In this document: positions 20,943 to 30,374 of the stretch, piece after piece
How the letters are laid out: the number at the start of each line of letters is the position of its first letter
Numbering within the stretch: the first letter of the stretch is position 1
IMG/VR virus record: IMGVR_UViG_3300032245_000303
From: an uncultured virus (IMG/VR IMGVR_UViG_3300032245_000303)
Lineage: Duplodnaviria > Heunggongvirae > Uroviricota > Caudoviricetes
Strand: one strand, 5' to 3'
DNA: 64,000 nt
Notes under the pieces: model-generated
Database searches by the model: none
Told to the model about the DNA's origin: nothing
The model's input: only the letters and a program-made list of their open reading frames with translations
Translations under genes and position numbers: made by a program

Positions 20943-21847
20943 TGCCTAATTTATATGTAAATAATGGCGGCACTTGGACTGCAGTAAACCAGCCATATGT
21001 AAATAATGCAGGAACATGGACACCTGCAAGAGCTGTTTATGTAAATAACAGTGGGACATGGGTTGTTGTTTATCCACAATATACCACGCAATATTTAGTT
21101 GTTGCAGGTGGCGGTGGCGGAGTTGGAACAAGAGGTGGTGAATATGAAGGTGGCGGTGGTGGTGCTGGTGGTATGCTTACTAGCTCATTTACTGCTACAA
21201 AAGGCGTAACATATACAGTTACTGTTGGAAATGGTGGAGCAGGTGGTACAAATAGTCCTGGATTAAATGGTCAAAATTCTGTTTTATCAGGTTCTGGATT
21301 GTCTACAATTACAGCTATCGGTGGCGGTGGAGGTGGTGGTGCTGGGAATGGTAATTCAGGGGGTTCAGGTGGTGGAGGTGGCGGTAGTATTAGAACTACT
21401 ACATCTGGTGGAGCAGGAACTTCTGGTCAAGGAAATAGAGGCGGCAATAATACCGTAGCTACTGGTAGAATTGGTTATGGAGGTGGCGGTGGTGGAGCAG
21501 GGGCTGCTGGTCAAGACAGTGCAAATGGTGTTAGAGGTGCTGGTGGTATAGGTCTACAAAGCTCTATTACTGGTACAGCAATATATTATGCAGGTGGTGG
21601 TGGTGCAACTGGAGCAGCAGGCGGTTTAGGTGGTGGTGGTGGATATAATTCTGATGGAGCAGCTAATACAGGTGGCGGTGGTTCAGGCGGCGATTTCGGT
21701 ATAGGATACAATGGTGGTTCAGGTGTAGTTATTATTTCAGTTCCTACTGTACTATATACAGCTAATTTATCAGGGTCTTACGTAGTTTCTACTAATGGTA
21801 ATAACACTGTTATTAAATTTACAGGAAATGGAACTTATACAGCATGA
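20942..21847 (+). CDS. Glycine-rich tail fibre protein
   Basis: YLVVAGGGGG...GGSGVVII glycine-rich domain. Likely start is the ATG at 20942 (TAATG overlap). Confidence 0.7.
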   Translation: MPNLYVNNGGTWTAVNQPYVNNAGTWTPARAVYVNNSGTWVVVYPQYTTQYLVVAGGGGGVGTRGGEYEGGGGGAGGMLTSSFTATKGVTYTVTVGNGGAGGTNSPGLNGQNSVLSGSGLSTITAIGGGGGGGAGNGNSGGSGGGGGGSIRTTTSGGAGTSGQGNRGGNNTVATGRIGYGGGGGGAGAAGQDSANGVRGAGGIGLQSSITGTAIYYAGGGGATGAAGGLGGGGGYNSDGAANTGGGGSGGDFGIGYNGGSGVVIISVPTVLYTANLSGSYVVSTNGNNTVIKFTGNGTYTA

Positions 21848-22314
21848 TGAAAAAATTAATTTTAGTTTTAGTAGCGATGTTTTTGATGGGTTGCACCATG
21901 TACACTTGGGCTGACACAACGGTCATCCAAAATAAGGGCATGCCAGTAGGTTCTGCTATGGCACCTAGTATGTCAGCTTTTTCACAAGATGTTTGTGCAG
22001 TACCTGTATCAGGAGCTGGTAATTTCGGTGTAGTATCGGTATCAGGTGGTACAGTTATGTTAGACCAAAACTGTGTAAAAATTAAATTAGCCAAAACATT
22101 AAATGATTTAGGTCTTAAAGTAGCAGCAGTGTCAGTATTATGTCAAGACCCAACTGTATGGGATGCGATGGAAATGAGTGGTTCACCTTGTCCTATGGGT
22201 GGTGCAGTAGGTGCAGCTGCTAAGAAAGCTTGGTTTACTAAGTATCCTGAAAGGTTTAAAAAACTTTATGGCGAAGACTATAATATTCCTTCTTTGCCTC
22301 CTACTAAGGAGTAA
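21844..22314 (+). CDS. Exported protein with signal peptide and several Cys
   Basis: MMKKLILVLVAMFLMGC N-terminus; D..C...LGLKVAAVSVLCQD...G.PCP. Confidence 0.55.
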   Translation: MMKKLILVLVAMFLMGCTMYTWADTTVIQNKGMPVGSAMAPSMSAFSQDVCAVPVSGAGNFGVVSVSGGTVMLDQNCVKIKLAKTLNDLGLKVAAVSVLCQDPTVWDAMEMSGSPCPMGGAVGAAAKKAWFTKYPERFKKLYGEDYNIPSLPPTKE

Positions 22315-23251
22315 TGCGTATGCATATTGTTATGCAAGTTCTTGGACAAATTATGGCCCGGTTTATAACAGCTTATTCGTGGACCATGGCACAACTCTTG
22401 CTGCTTGTCAGCAAATTGCGTGTCAGTATTACCCAGGCATACCAGAATGTGCCGTCTATTCTCAACCTGTTTGCTCAAATCAAACAGAGTATCAAACATT
22501 GGCTTGTCCAATACACCAATCAGGTGCTATTAATCAAAGTAGGTCTTATAACTGCTCTGCACAAAGTTGGTCAGCTTGGACAACAACTTCTAACAATTGC
22601 ACGCAAGACCCTCCAACGTGTGTCTCAACTACTGAAACAAGGCAATTAGCATGTCAATCTGGATACAATGGAATCATTTCAGAAAGTCGGTCTTCGATAT
22701 GCTCAGACCCATATGGGTCGCCAACTTGGACATCATGGTTGACAACGTCAGATACTTGCACGATGACAGCAACGAACATCAACAACCCTACTTCGCCGAT
22801 TTCCCCGATAAGCCCAACCAATCCCAATTCGGTGATAAGTCAGCAAATGAATGCGGTGACAACTACACCAATACCAATTGCAGAACCTGTAACGGTACAA
22901 AACCTAACTGCTACTGCAACTACCCCGTCAACAACAGAAACTACGGTAAGTACTACGACGACGTCGGCTACCGTGACAGCACCAGAAGCACCGAAGGGAA
23001 AAGAAATAGTACCTGGGTTTGGGATTGTTATGAGTATGCAGCTACTGAATCAAGGTTACAACATGCAGCAACAACAGATAGAAGAATCGATTAAACTTAT
23101 ACAGGAACAAGATTATGAGCGACAACAAAATATACTCCTTGAATTTATCAGCGCAAATGATACTGGGGATTATCTTATCCGTACTAGTGCCAATAGGTGG
23201 CGCAGTATACTACGGGATAACCCTCTTCAACGATTTGACCTCGACGATTGA
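22268..23251 (+). CDS. Cys/Thr-rich exported protein
   Basis: Likely start MAKTIIFLLCLLLRSNAYA (signal peptide). Two repeats of QxLAC...G.I..SR...C...W..W.TTS..C, then a T/P-rich linker. Confidence 0.55.
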   Translation: MAKTIIFLLCLLLRSNAYAYCYASSWTNYGPVYNSLFVDHGTTLAACQQIACQYYPGIPECAVYSQPVCSNQTEYQTLACPIHQSGAINQSRSYNCSAQSWSAWTTTSNNCTQDPPTCVSTTETRQLACQSGYNGIISESRSSICSDPYGSPTWTSWLTTSDTCTMTATNINNPTSPISPISPTNPNSVISQQMNAVTTTPIPIAEPVTVQNLTATATTPSTTETTVSTTTTSATVTAPEAPKGKEIVPGFGIVMSMQLLNQGYNMQQQQIEESIKLIQEQDYERQQNILLEFISANDTGDYLIRTSANRWRSILRDNPLQRFDLDD

Positions 23252-23510
23252 GGAAGTAAAAAAGATGAGTACTGTTGAAACAAGAATCACAGTGCTTGAA
23301 GATAGAAGTAAATCAGTAGAGCATCAGTTAGTTGATGTGATGATGTCTAACAATCGTGCATTAGAAAAATCTAATGAAGCATATGGTAAAGCTATTGAAG
23401 CTAATAGTATTGCTAAAAGTTCACAAGACAAAATTACAGATACTGTAGCTAATGTAAAAGACGAAATGAAGCAACTACGTAAAGCAATGGTCAATCCATT
23501 AAATAACTAA
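23115..23510 (+). CDS. Membrane-anchored coiled-coil protein
   Basis: One N-terminal TM segment followed by a coiled coil; upstream of the lysis genes. Confidence 0.5.
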   Translation: MSDNKIYSLNLSAQMILGIILSVLVPIGGAVYYGITLFNDLTSTIEEVKKMSTVETRITVLEDRSKSVEHQLVDVMMSNNRALEKSNEAYGKAIEANSIAKSSQDKITDTVANVKDEMKQLRKAMVNPLNN

Positions 23511-23521
23511 GGGGTAAAAGT

Positions 23522-23662
23522 ATGGAAAAAATTAAACAAGTATTAAGTTTTATTGTTCACGTTGCATTACTAGGTTTTAAAGTAGCTAAACGTGTTTTAA
23601 AAATTGTAATTCAAGAACTTATTGTATTATTACAGAAGTTAGATGCAGTTTTAGGAGAATAG
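23522..23662 (+). CDS. Small amphipathic protein, 46 aa (not in ORF track)
   Basis: Manual translation MEKIKQVLSFIVHVALLGFKVAKRVLKIVIQELIVLLQKLDAVLGE*; AAGGGG RBS. Confidence 0.6.
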   Translation: MEKIKQVLSFIVHVALLGFKVAKRVLKIVIQELIVLLQKLDAVLGE

Positions 23663-23663
23663 T

Positions 23664-24149
23664 ATGCTTAGTATTCTATCTTCTATATTAGGTTTTGCTA
23701 CTGCAGGATTACCTAGCATACTAGGTTTCTTCCAACAAAAGGGAGACCAAAAGCATGAACGCGAAATGGCACAACTTCAAATGCAACAACAAATGGCTAT
23801 GGCTGAAAAAGGCTATGCTGCTCAAGAACGCCAAGCCGAAATTAATTTGGAGGGTACTTATGCTGAAACTTATGCACAAGAAAGACAAGCACTTTATGAG
23901 CACGATGCAAAACTTGTTGAACAAGCAGCTCCTTGGGTTAAAACTCTTAATGCTTCGGTTAGACCTATTGTTGCTTTCTCTTTTGTGGGCTTGCTCTTAT
24001 TTGTTGATATTGCCGGATTCTGGTGGGCTGTTCATACAGGTCAAGACTTTGGTAAATCAATGGATATCATTTTTTCAACAGATGAAATGCAAATTGTAGC
24101 TTCTATTATTGGTTTCTACTTTGGCTCAAGAACTTGGGAAAAGAAATAA
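23664..24149 (+). CDS. Putative holin
   Basis: Hydrophobic segments, ASVRP and IIGFYFGSR motifs; directly upstream of the lysozyme. Confidence 0.65.
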   Translation: MLSILSSILGFATAGLPSILGFFQQKGDQKHEREMAQLQMQQQMAMAEKGYAAQERQAEINLEGTYAETYAQERQALYEHDAKLVEQAAPWVKTLNASVRPIVAFSFVGLLLFVDIAGFWWAVHTGQDFGKSMDIIFSTDEMQIVASIIGFYFGSRTWEKK

Positions 24150-24599
24150 GTGAATGTATCAAAAGCTGGCATCGCTCTTATTAAACATTTTGAAGGTGTG
24201 CGTAATCGCGCCTACCGTGACTGTATTGGCCTTTGGACAATTGGTGTTGGTCACCTTATCGGCGATGGCAAATCTTTGCCTGATTCTTGGAACAGAACTT
24301 TTTCGGAGGAGGAAATAGATGCACTTCTTAGAACCGATTTACGTCGCTTCGAGCTTGGAATATCTAAGATGTTACCTAACGTGCCTCTTCGACAATGTGA
24401 GTTCGATTGCCTTGTATCTTTTGCCTTTAACGTTGGCTTGGGTACATTTCAGCGGTCAACACTCCGTCAAGCGCTTCTTCGCGGGGATAAAAAGGCGGCT
24501 ATGGAATCGTTAGTGAAATATTGCCGTGCAGGTGGTAAAATAGTTAAAGGTCTACAAACCCGTAGATTAGATGAACGTGCACTCTTTGAAAGTAAATAA
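24150..24599 (+). CDS. Endolysin, phage lysozyme (GH24)
   Basis: IKHFEG...AYRD..GLWTIGVGH (E-8x-D-5x-T triad); FDCLVSFAFNVG; GLQTRR..E. Confidence 0.92.
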   Translation: MNVSKAGIALIKHFEGVRNRAYRDCIGLWTIGVGHLIGDGKSLPDSWNRTFSEEEIDALLRTDLRRFELGISKMLPNVPLRQCEFDCLVSFAFNVGLGTFQRSTLRQALLRGDKKAAMESLVKYCRAGGKIVKGLQTRRLDERALFESK

Positions 24600-26716
24600 T
24601 GCCATTACAAAAACTACAATTTAGACCAGGCTTAAACCGTGAAGGTACAGATTATTCTAACGAGGGTGGTTGGTATGATGGTGATAAGATTCGATTTCGT
24701 TCAGGTTTCCCTGAAAAAATTGGTGGGTGGACACAAGTATCGCCTAATCAATTTTTAGGTACTGCACGTTCTTTATGGATATGGGCTGATGCCGATGCAG
24801 GTACAGGTAATGTTTATACAGGTATAGGTACAAGTTCTAAATACTATATTTATTTTGGTGGTGTCTATAATGACATTACACCGATTGTGCACACAAGCAC
24901 ATTGACAGGCGTTGCAGGAACTATCTCTACTAATGGCACGACAACTGTTACTATTACTGATGCCGGATATAACCCGAGTGTAGGTGATTATGTACTTATT
25001 ACTTCAACTGTTGCTGTAAATGGGGTGTTATTTACGGGTGGTGATTATCAGGTTAAAACTGTGCCAAGTTCGACCACTTTCACAGTGACTTTTGCAACAG
25101 CAGCATCAGGTACGGGTACAGGTACAGGTGGTACCGTTACACTACAGTATGAATATCCGACAGGATTAAATGTATTTTCTACTGGTACAGGTTGGGGCGC
25201 AGGTCCGTGGTCTCGTGGTACATGGGATTCAGCATATTCGTCAGGTATTGGTCAGCAGTTACGTCTTTGGTCTAACGATAACTTTGGTGCTGACTTAGTC
25301 ATTGCACCTCGTGGTGGTCCGATATTTTATTGGAAAGATTCAACGGGTGTGTCTACACGTGCTCAATATGTAAGTACACTAGCTAATTCAACTACAGCAC
25401 TTACAGACGCATCTACGTTTGGTAGTGGGGTTACAAGTATTACAGTATCAGCAACAGCTGCAAATAATATATATCCTTATATGTATATTACTGGAACTAA
25501 CCTACCTGCTAATACGCAAGTAGCATCTACTTATTTAACTGGGTCAACTACAGTGCCGATTACAACCACTACAAGTGGTGTAAGTTCTGGTACTTATTCA
25601 TATTCTTACGCAGGTGCATTTGTACCTAGTTCTACCTATCAAGTAGTTACTTCAGTAATTCAAGAATTTGTGATTGCATTTGGTTCTAATCCATATTCGC
25701 CTAATAATAGTGCAACTACATTTAACCCAATGACAGTACGTTGGTCTGACCAAGCTAATCCATATCAATGGGTGCCCTCTATTACTAATCAATCAGGTGA
25801 GTTCTTACTTACTAATGGTTCTTACATTATGGGTGCACGTGCTACACGACAAGAAATTCTTGTATGGACAGATTCATGTCTTTATTCTATGCAATATCTT
25901 GGTGCACCTTATGTATGGGGCTTCCAAATATTAATGGATAACATCTCTGTGATGTCTCCAAACTCAATGATTACAATTAACAACGTGACTTACTGGATGG
26001 GTCGAGACCGATTCTATATGTACTCTGGTCGTGTTGAAGTTTTACCTTGTGCATTACGTCAATATATCTTTGCCGATATTAACCAAGACCAAGCCTATCA
26101 AGTATTTGCAGGTGCTAATGAAGCGTTCAACGAAGTATGGTGGTTCTATGTAAGTCAATCTAGTAGTGGTACTTCTGTTGATAAATATATTATTTATAAT
26201 TACCTAGACCGTGTTTGGTATTATGGCTCAATGGCTCGTACAGCGTGGTTTCAAACTGGTTCAGTACAATATCCTGTTGCTGCTGATTACAATGGAAGGC
26301 TTTTATATCATGAAAATGGATGTGATGATTTATCTACAAGTGCTGCGGCACCAATTGATTCCTATGTACAATCTTCTGATTTCGATATTGGTGATGGGCA
26401 CAATTTTGGTTTTGTATGGCGTATCTTGCCTGATGTCAATTTTAATGGTTCAGTCACTAATAATCCAAGCGTTACAATGACAGTTAAACCTCGTCAAAAC
26501 TCAGGTACTCCTTATGGTACCGCCGATAATCCACAAGTTATTAGTGCACAAAATTATACAACTACACCTCAATATACTGTTCAAGAATTTACAGGACAGG
26601 TGTATACTAGGTTGCGGGGGCGTCAAATGGCGTTTAGAATCGAGTCAACTGGGTTGGGGGTAGCCTGGCAGCTTGGTTCTCCCCGCATTGATATTAGACC
26701 TGATGGACGTAGATAA
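24599..26716 (+). CDS. Tail nozzle / DNA-stabilisation-type protein
   Basis: 705-aa beta-propeller-like protein; RFRSGFPEKIGGW, VRWSDQ and NEVWWFY motifs; precedes the ejection-type genes. Confidence 0.65.
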   Translation: MPLQKLQFRPGLNREGTDYSNEGGWYDGDKIRFRSGFPEKIGGWTQVSPNQFLGTARSLWIWADADAGTGNVYTGIGTSSKYYIYFGGVYNDITPIVHTSTLTGVAGTISTNGTTTVTITDAGYNPSVGDYVLITSTVAVNGVLFTGGDYQVKTVPSSTTFTVTFATAASGTGTGTGGTVTLQYEYPTGLNVFSTGTGWGAGPWSRGTWDSAYSSGIGQQLRLWSNDNFGADLVIAPRGGPIFYWKDSTGVSTRAQYVSTLANSTTALTDASTFGSGVTSITVSATAANNIYPYMYITGTNLPANTQVASTYLTGSTTVPITTTTSGVSSGTYSYSYAGAFVPSSTYQVVTSVIQEFVIAFGSNPYSPNNSATTFNPMTVRWSDQANPYQWVPSITNQSGEFLLTNGSYIMGARATRQEILVWTDSCLYSMQYLGAPYVWGFQILMDNISVMSPNSMITINNVTYWMGRDRFYMYSGRVEVLPCALRQYIFADINQDQAYQVFAGANEAFNEVWWFYVSQSSSGTSVDKYIIYNYLDRVWYYGSMARTAWFQTGSVQYPVAADYNGRLLYHENGCDDLSTSAAAPIDSYVQSSDFDIGDGHNFGFVWRILPDVNFNGSVTNNPSVTMTVKPRQNSGTPYGTADNPQVISAQNYTTTPQYTVQEFTGQVYTRLRGRQMAFRIESTGLGVAWQLGSPRIDIRPDGRR

Positions 26717-27012
26717 TGGCAAACACAGAATTAAAAACATCTATATTACGTCCGCCTAAGTCACCCAACTTACTGATTGCACCTGTTGAATATACACAAC
26801 AGTATCAAGACCAGTTTAGTAATGCCCTACGTCTTTATTTTGCACAAATAGATAACTTTACACAAGGTATTAATTTACCTAATTCAGGGGCAACAACAGG
26901 ACGTCCAATAGATAATGTAAGTGTAGGACAATTTTATTTTGATACTACATTAGGAATACCAATTTGGTGGAATGGTAAGAACTGGGTAAATGCAAGCGGA
27001 ACAACTGTTTAG
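26716..27012 (+). CDS. Small tail-associated protein
   Basis: LRLYF and GQFYFDTTLGIPIWWNG motifs. Confidence 0.5.
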   Translation: MANTELKTSILRPPKSPNLLIAPVEYTQQYQDQFSNALRLYFAQIDNFTQGINLPNSGATTGRPIDNVSVGQFYFDTTLGIPIWWNGKNWVNASGTTV

Positions 27013-27070
27013 TAATTGTATCTGCGTTATATTAATGGTATTATTGGATAATATGTTATAGGAGTAAGAT

Positions 27071-28765
27071 ATGGCAGATTTTGGTATAGGCGAAACCCTA
27101 CTGGCGAATGTAGCAACGGGTGCTCTCGTTGGTGGTGGTATATCCGCACTTACTGGTGGTGACTTTTTAACGGGTGCTCTCACAGGTGGTATCGGTGGCG
27201 CTGCCAAAGGATTCATGCCAGATTTTGGTAAACTATTTAGTGGTACTGGGTTAGCTCCTGCATCCGATGCAGGTATATCGTCAACACTTTCGGCGGGGGC
27301 GCAAGCATATAATCCTGCACAATCTATTGCTACGTCTCCATTTGGTACTACTGAAGCTATATCTGCCACATCACCTGCATTTGGTGGCGTTGGTACTGGA
27401 ACGGTTGGTACGTCTGGTATAGCAAATTTAGCTACCTCTGGAATAGACCCTAGTATGCTTCAAGCAGCACAAAATCAAGCTGCAGTAAATGCTGGGCAAT
27501 CACTTGCAAAAGACGTAGTACAAAAAGAATTATCTCCCGAAGATTTAATTAAACAAGGTAAAGCTACACCGTATGGTTTTTCTAATGCAGCTAATGGACC
27601 TGTAGGAAATGCAACAGGAGATTATGTATATAACGGTAAAATATATAAAGGTACAGACCTTATTAAAGCTGGACAACCACAATCGTTCTTTGATAAATAT
27701 AAAACACCTCTTATGCTTGGTGGCTTAGGTCTTGGCTATAAAATGCTTACAGCAAAACCAACTATGGCTTCTGTGCCAGCACCAGCTACCGGTGCATTAA
27801 CAGGTAAATATAACTTAGCTTCTAACTATCAACCATTAAATAATCCAGTGCCTGTATACCCAAGGTTTGCTGAAGGCGGTATAGCTCAATTAGCTGATGG
27901 CGGTAAAATGATATCAGATAAAGTTAATGTAGATTTTATGCATGGTGATATGTATCCTATGAGCCAACAATCACGTTCATTCTATGCATCACCAACTCAA
28001 ATGCCAACAAGTGCACAACAAACAATGGCAAGCTATGAACCAAAAACTAATCCATTAACAGGTCAAGCTACAGCACATATGGCATCAGGTGGTCCAGTTA
28101 GTTTTGCAAGTGGAGGTGATATAGGGGGTCAAGTTTATTATGATGCAGATAAAGGTCAGTATTACACAGTAGGGCGTGATTCAAATAATCCTTTTACCCC
28201 TTTTGCTGCTTTTGGTGGGCCGTTTGGATTACTTTCACCTGCTGATAAACGTAACTATATTGGTGCCTCTCCATCAAGCCCAGGTTCAAACATATCTCCT
28301 GACTATCAAGCATCATCAGTTACACCAAGAGTATACCAACCCACTTATGTGGATGTACCACAAGCCCCTACACAAGCATCAACTGTAGGCGTACCTACTT
28401 ATTCACTACAAGATTCTGCAAACCTTTTAGCAATGTCTAATCCGGATTTAGCAGCACCATACAAAAAAATGTCATCAGGTGGTATTTCTGATTTAGGTAC
28501 ATATTCTGATGGTGGTCGTATGTTGCGTGGTCCAGGTGATGGTATGTCAGATTCTATTCCCGGCATGATTGCTAATAAACGTCCAGCACGATTAGCCGAA
28601 GGTGAATTTGTTGTACCTGCTGATGTGGTATCTCATTTAGGTAATGGTTCAACAGATGCTGGCGCTAAACAATTATATGCTATGATGAATAAAGTTCGTC
28701 AAGCACGCACAGGTACTAAAAAACAAGGTAAACAAATTAATCCAAGACAATTTATGCCGGCATAA
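27071..28765 (+). CDS. Putative internal virion / ejection protein
   Basis: G/A-rich, six hydrophobic-x-x-GG motifs, and C-terminal GPGDGMSDSIP...ARLAEGEFVVPADVV domain. Confidence 0.6.
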   Translation: MADFGIGETLLANVATGALVGGGISALTGGDFLTGALTGGIGGAAKGFMPDFGKLFSGTGLAPASDAGISSTLSAGAQAYNPAQSIATSPFGTTEAISATSPAFGGVGTGTVGTSGIANLATSGIDPSMLQAAQNQAAVNAGQSLAKDVVQKELSPEDLIKQGKATPYGFSNAANGPVGNATGDYVYNGKIYKGTDLIKAGQPQSFFDKYKTPLMLGGLGLGYKMLTAKPTMASVPAPATGALTGKYNLASNYQPLNNPVPVYPRFAEGGIAQLADGGKMISDKVNVDFMHGDMYPMSQQSRSFYASPTQMPTSAQQTMASYEPKTNPLTGQATAHMASGGPVSFASGGDIGGQVYYDADKGQYYTVGRDSNNPFTPFAAFGGPFGLLSPADKRNYIGASPSSPGSNISPDYQASSVTPRVYQPTYVDVPQAPTQASTVGVPTYSLQDSANLLAMSNPDLAAPYKKMSSGGISDLGTYSDGGRMLRGPGDGMSDSIPGMIANKRPARLAEGEFVVPADVVSHLGNGSTDAGAKQLYAMMNKVRQARTGTKKQGKQINPRQFMPA

Positions 28766-28768
28766 AAT

Positions 28769-29179
28769 ATGAAAGCACAATACGTACCCCTCGAATACGC
28801 TACTCAAACATGGCCGAGAGTAGAAAAATTCGTAGCTTCAGCACTAGCACACGGTCATGGTGATTATACGATTGAACAAGCTAAGTTATTAGTTTGTATG
28901 GGGCAGTGGCTCTTGATAGTAATGGTAGATGATAATAATGAGATTCATGGTTCAGCAACAGCAACATTTATTAACTATCCAAATTCAAGAGTAGGTTTTA
29001 TTACAACAGTAGGTGGACGATTGATTGCAAATCAACAAGTATTTAAAGAACTCTGTGACATACTTAAAAGCAGGGGTGCTACAAAAATACAAGGCATGGG
29101 TAGACCAGCTATTGTTAGATTATGGAATAGTAAATTTGGCGCTAAAGCAATATCAACCTTAATGGAACTCGAGATATGA
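28769..29179 (+). CDS. Possible GNAT-fold virion assembly protein
   Basis: Alpha/beta pattern and position among ejection genes; weak resemblance only. Confidence 0.35.
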   Translation: MKAQYVPLEYATQTWPRVEKFVASALAHGHGDYTIEQAKLLVCMGQWLLIVMVDDNNEIHGSATATFINYPNSRVGFITTVGGRLIANQQVFKELCDILKSRGATKIQGMGRPAIVRLWNSKFGAKAISTLMELEI

Positions 29180-30372
29180 AATACTTATTACTTATACTAC
29201 CAACCGAATTTAAAATTTGGTTATTAAACTTACTCTATAAAGACATCGCTGCTATGGGTGATGATGGTGATACGGAGCTTGCGCATGTTAATGCAGAAGA
29301 AGCAAAAGTATTATTATCTATGGGTGGTTCCGGCACTATTAATAAAAAAACAGGCTTAAAAGAATTTAAAGGTGGCGGTGGCGGTAGTTCAGGTCCTACA
29401 CAATCTACTGTTTATCAAAATAGTATTCCACCAGAGTTAATGCCTATTACCCAATCAACATTGGGCGCTGCAGCGCAACAAGTATATAACACAGATGCTT
29501 CTGGAAACATCACTGGCATCAAACCATATCAACCCTATAGTACTAATCCTTCAGATTATGTAGCCGGATTTAGTCCATTACAATCATCTTCATTTACAGG
29601 TGCTAGTGGATTAACAACACCAGGACAATTTGAAGCAGGTTCTAGGCTTGCGGGTGCTAGCGGTTTAGGTTCACTAGGTATGGTAGGTAGTCTTGCTGAT
29701 ACAGGCGCTAAATATAATGCGATGGCTACAAGTCCTGCGGCTATGAGTGCATATATGAACCCTTATATTAGTTCATCATTAGCACCACAGTTGGCTGAAA
29801 TTCAACGTCAAGGTGATATAGCGTCTACTCAAGCAGCATCACAAGCTACAGGTTCAGGTGCATTTGGTGGTACTCGTGGTGCGTTAGCTCAAAATGAAGC
29901 TCAACGTAATGCTATGATGGCTCAGCAACAAGCAATTGGTCAAGGTTACAACACTGCATTTAATCAGGCTCAACAAGCTCAACAATACGGCGCAGGTCTT
30001 GGTTTACAAGGACAACAAGCAGCACTTGGTGCATTAGGTCAAGCAGGACAAGCTGGTGCTACATTAGGTCAGTTAGGTACACAACAACTTGGTGCTCAAC
30101 AAGGTATCTTAGGATTACAAAACCAATTTGGTGCTCAACAACAGCAACAACAACAAAACATTATGAACCAAGCTATCCAAGACTATGCAACAGGACAACA
30201 ATTCCCAATGCAACAACTTGCATCTATGATGGCTTTAATTCGTGGTACCCCAATTCAAACGACTTCTACACAAAGTTATCAGGCTGCACCAAGTCCAATT
30301 TCACAATTAGCTGGTCTCGGCACAGCAGGTATTGCCGGATTAGGTTTATATAATGCAATGGGTAAAGGTTAA
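29176..30372 (+). CDS. Putative DNA ejection / pilot protein
   Basis: Q/A/G-rich; YMNPY and GAFGGTR motifs; hydrophobic C-terminus. Confidence 0.6.
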   Translation: MKYLLLILPTEFKIWLLNLLYKDIAAMGDDGDTELAHVNAEEAKVLLSMGGSGTINKKTGLKEFKGGGGGSSGPTQSTVYQNSIPPELMPITQSTLGAAAQQVYNTDASGNITGIKPYQPYSTNPSDYVAGFSPLQSSSFTGASGLTTPGQFEAGSRLAGASGLGSLGMVGSLADTGAKYNAMATSPAAMSAYMNPYISSSLAPQLAEIQRQGDIASTQAASQATGSGAFGGTRGALAQNEAQRNAMMAQQQAIGQGYNTAFNQAQQAQQYGAGLGLQGQQAALGALGQAGQAGATLGQLGTQQLGAQQGILGLQNQFGAQQQQQQQNIMNQAIQDYATGQQFPMQQLASMMALIRGTPIQTTSTQSYQAAPSPISQLAGLGTAGIAGLGLYNAMGKG

Positions 30373-30374
30373 TT

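Noticed and set aside
22314..23094. Alternate-frame ORFs 22314-22649 and 22651-23094 as overlapping genes or an embedded spanin
   Set aside because: AAGGAG precedes 22314, but neither product has a lipobox or other recognisable features, whereas the 22268 frame encodes a coherent signal peptide and Cys repeats. Not fully excluded.
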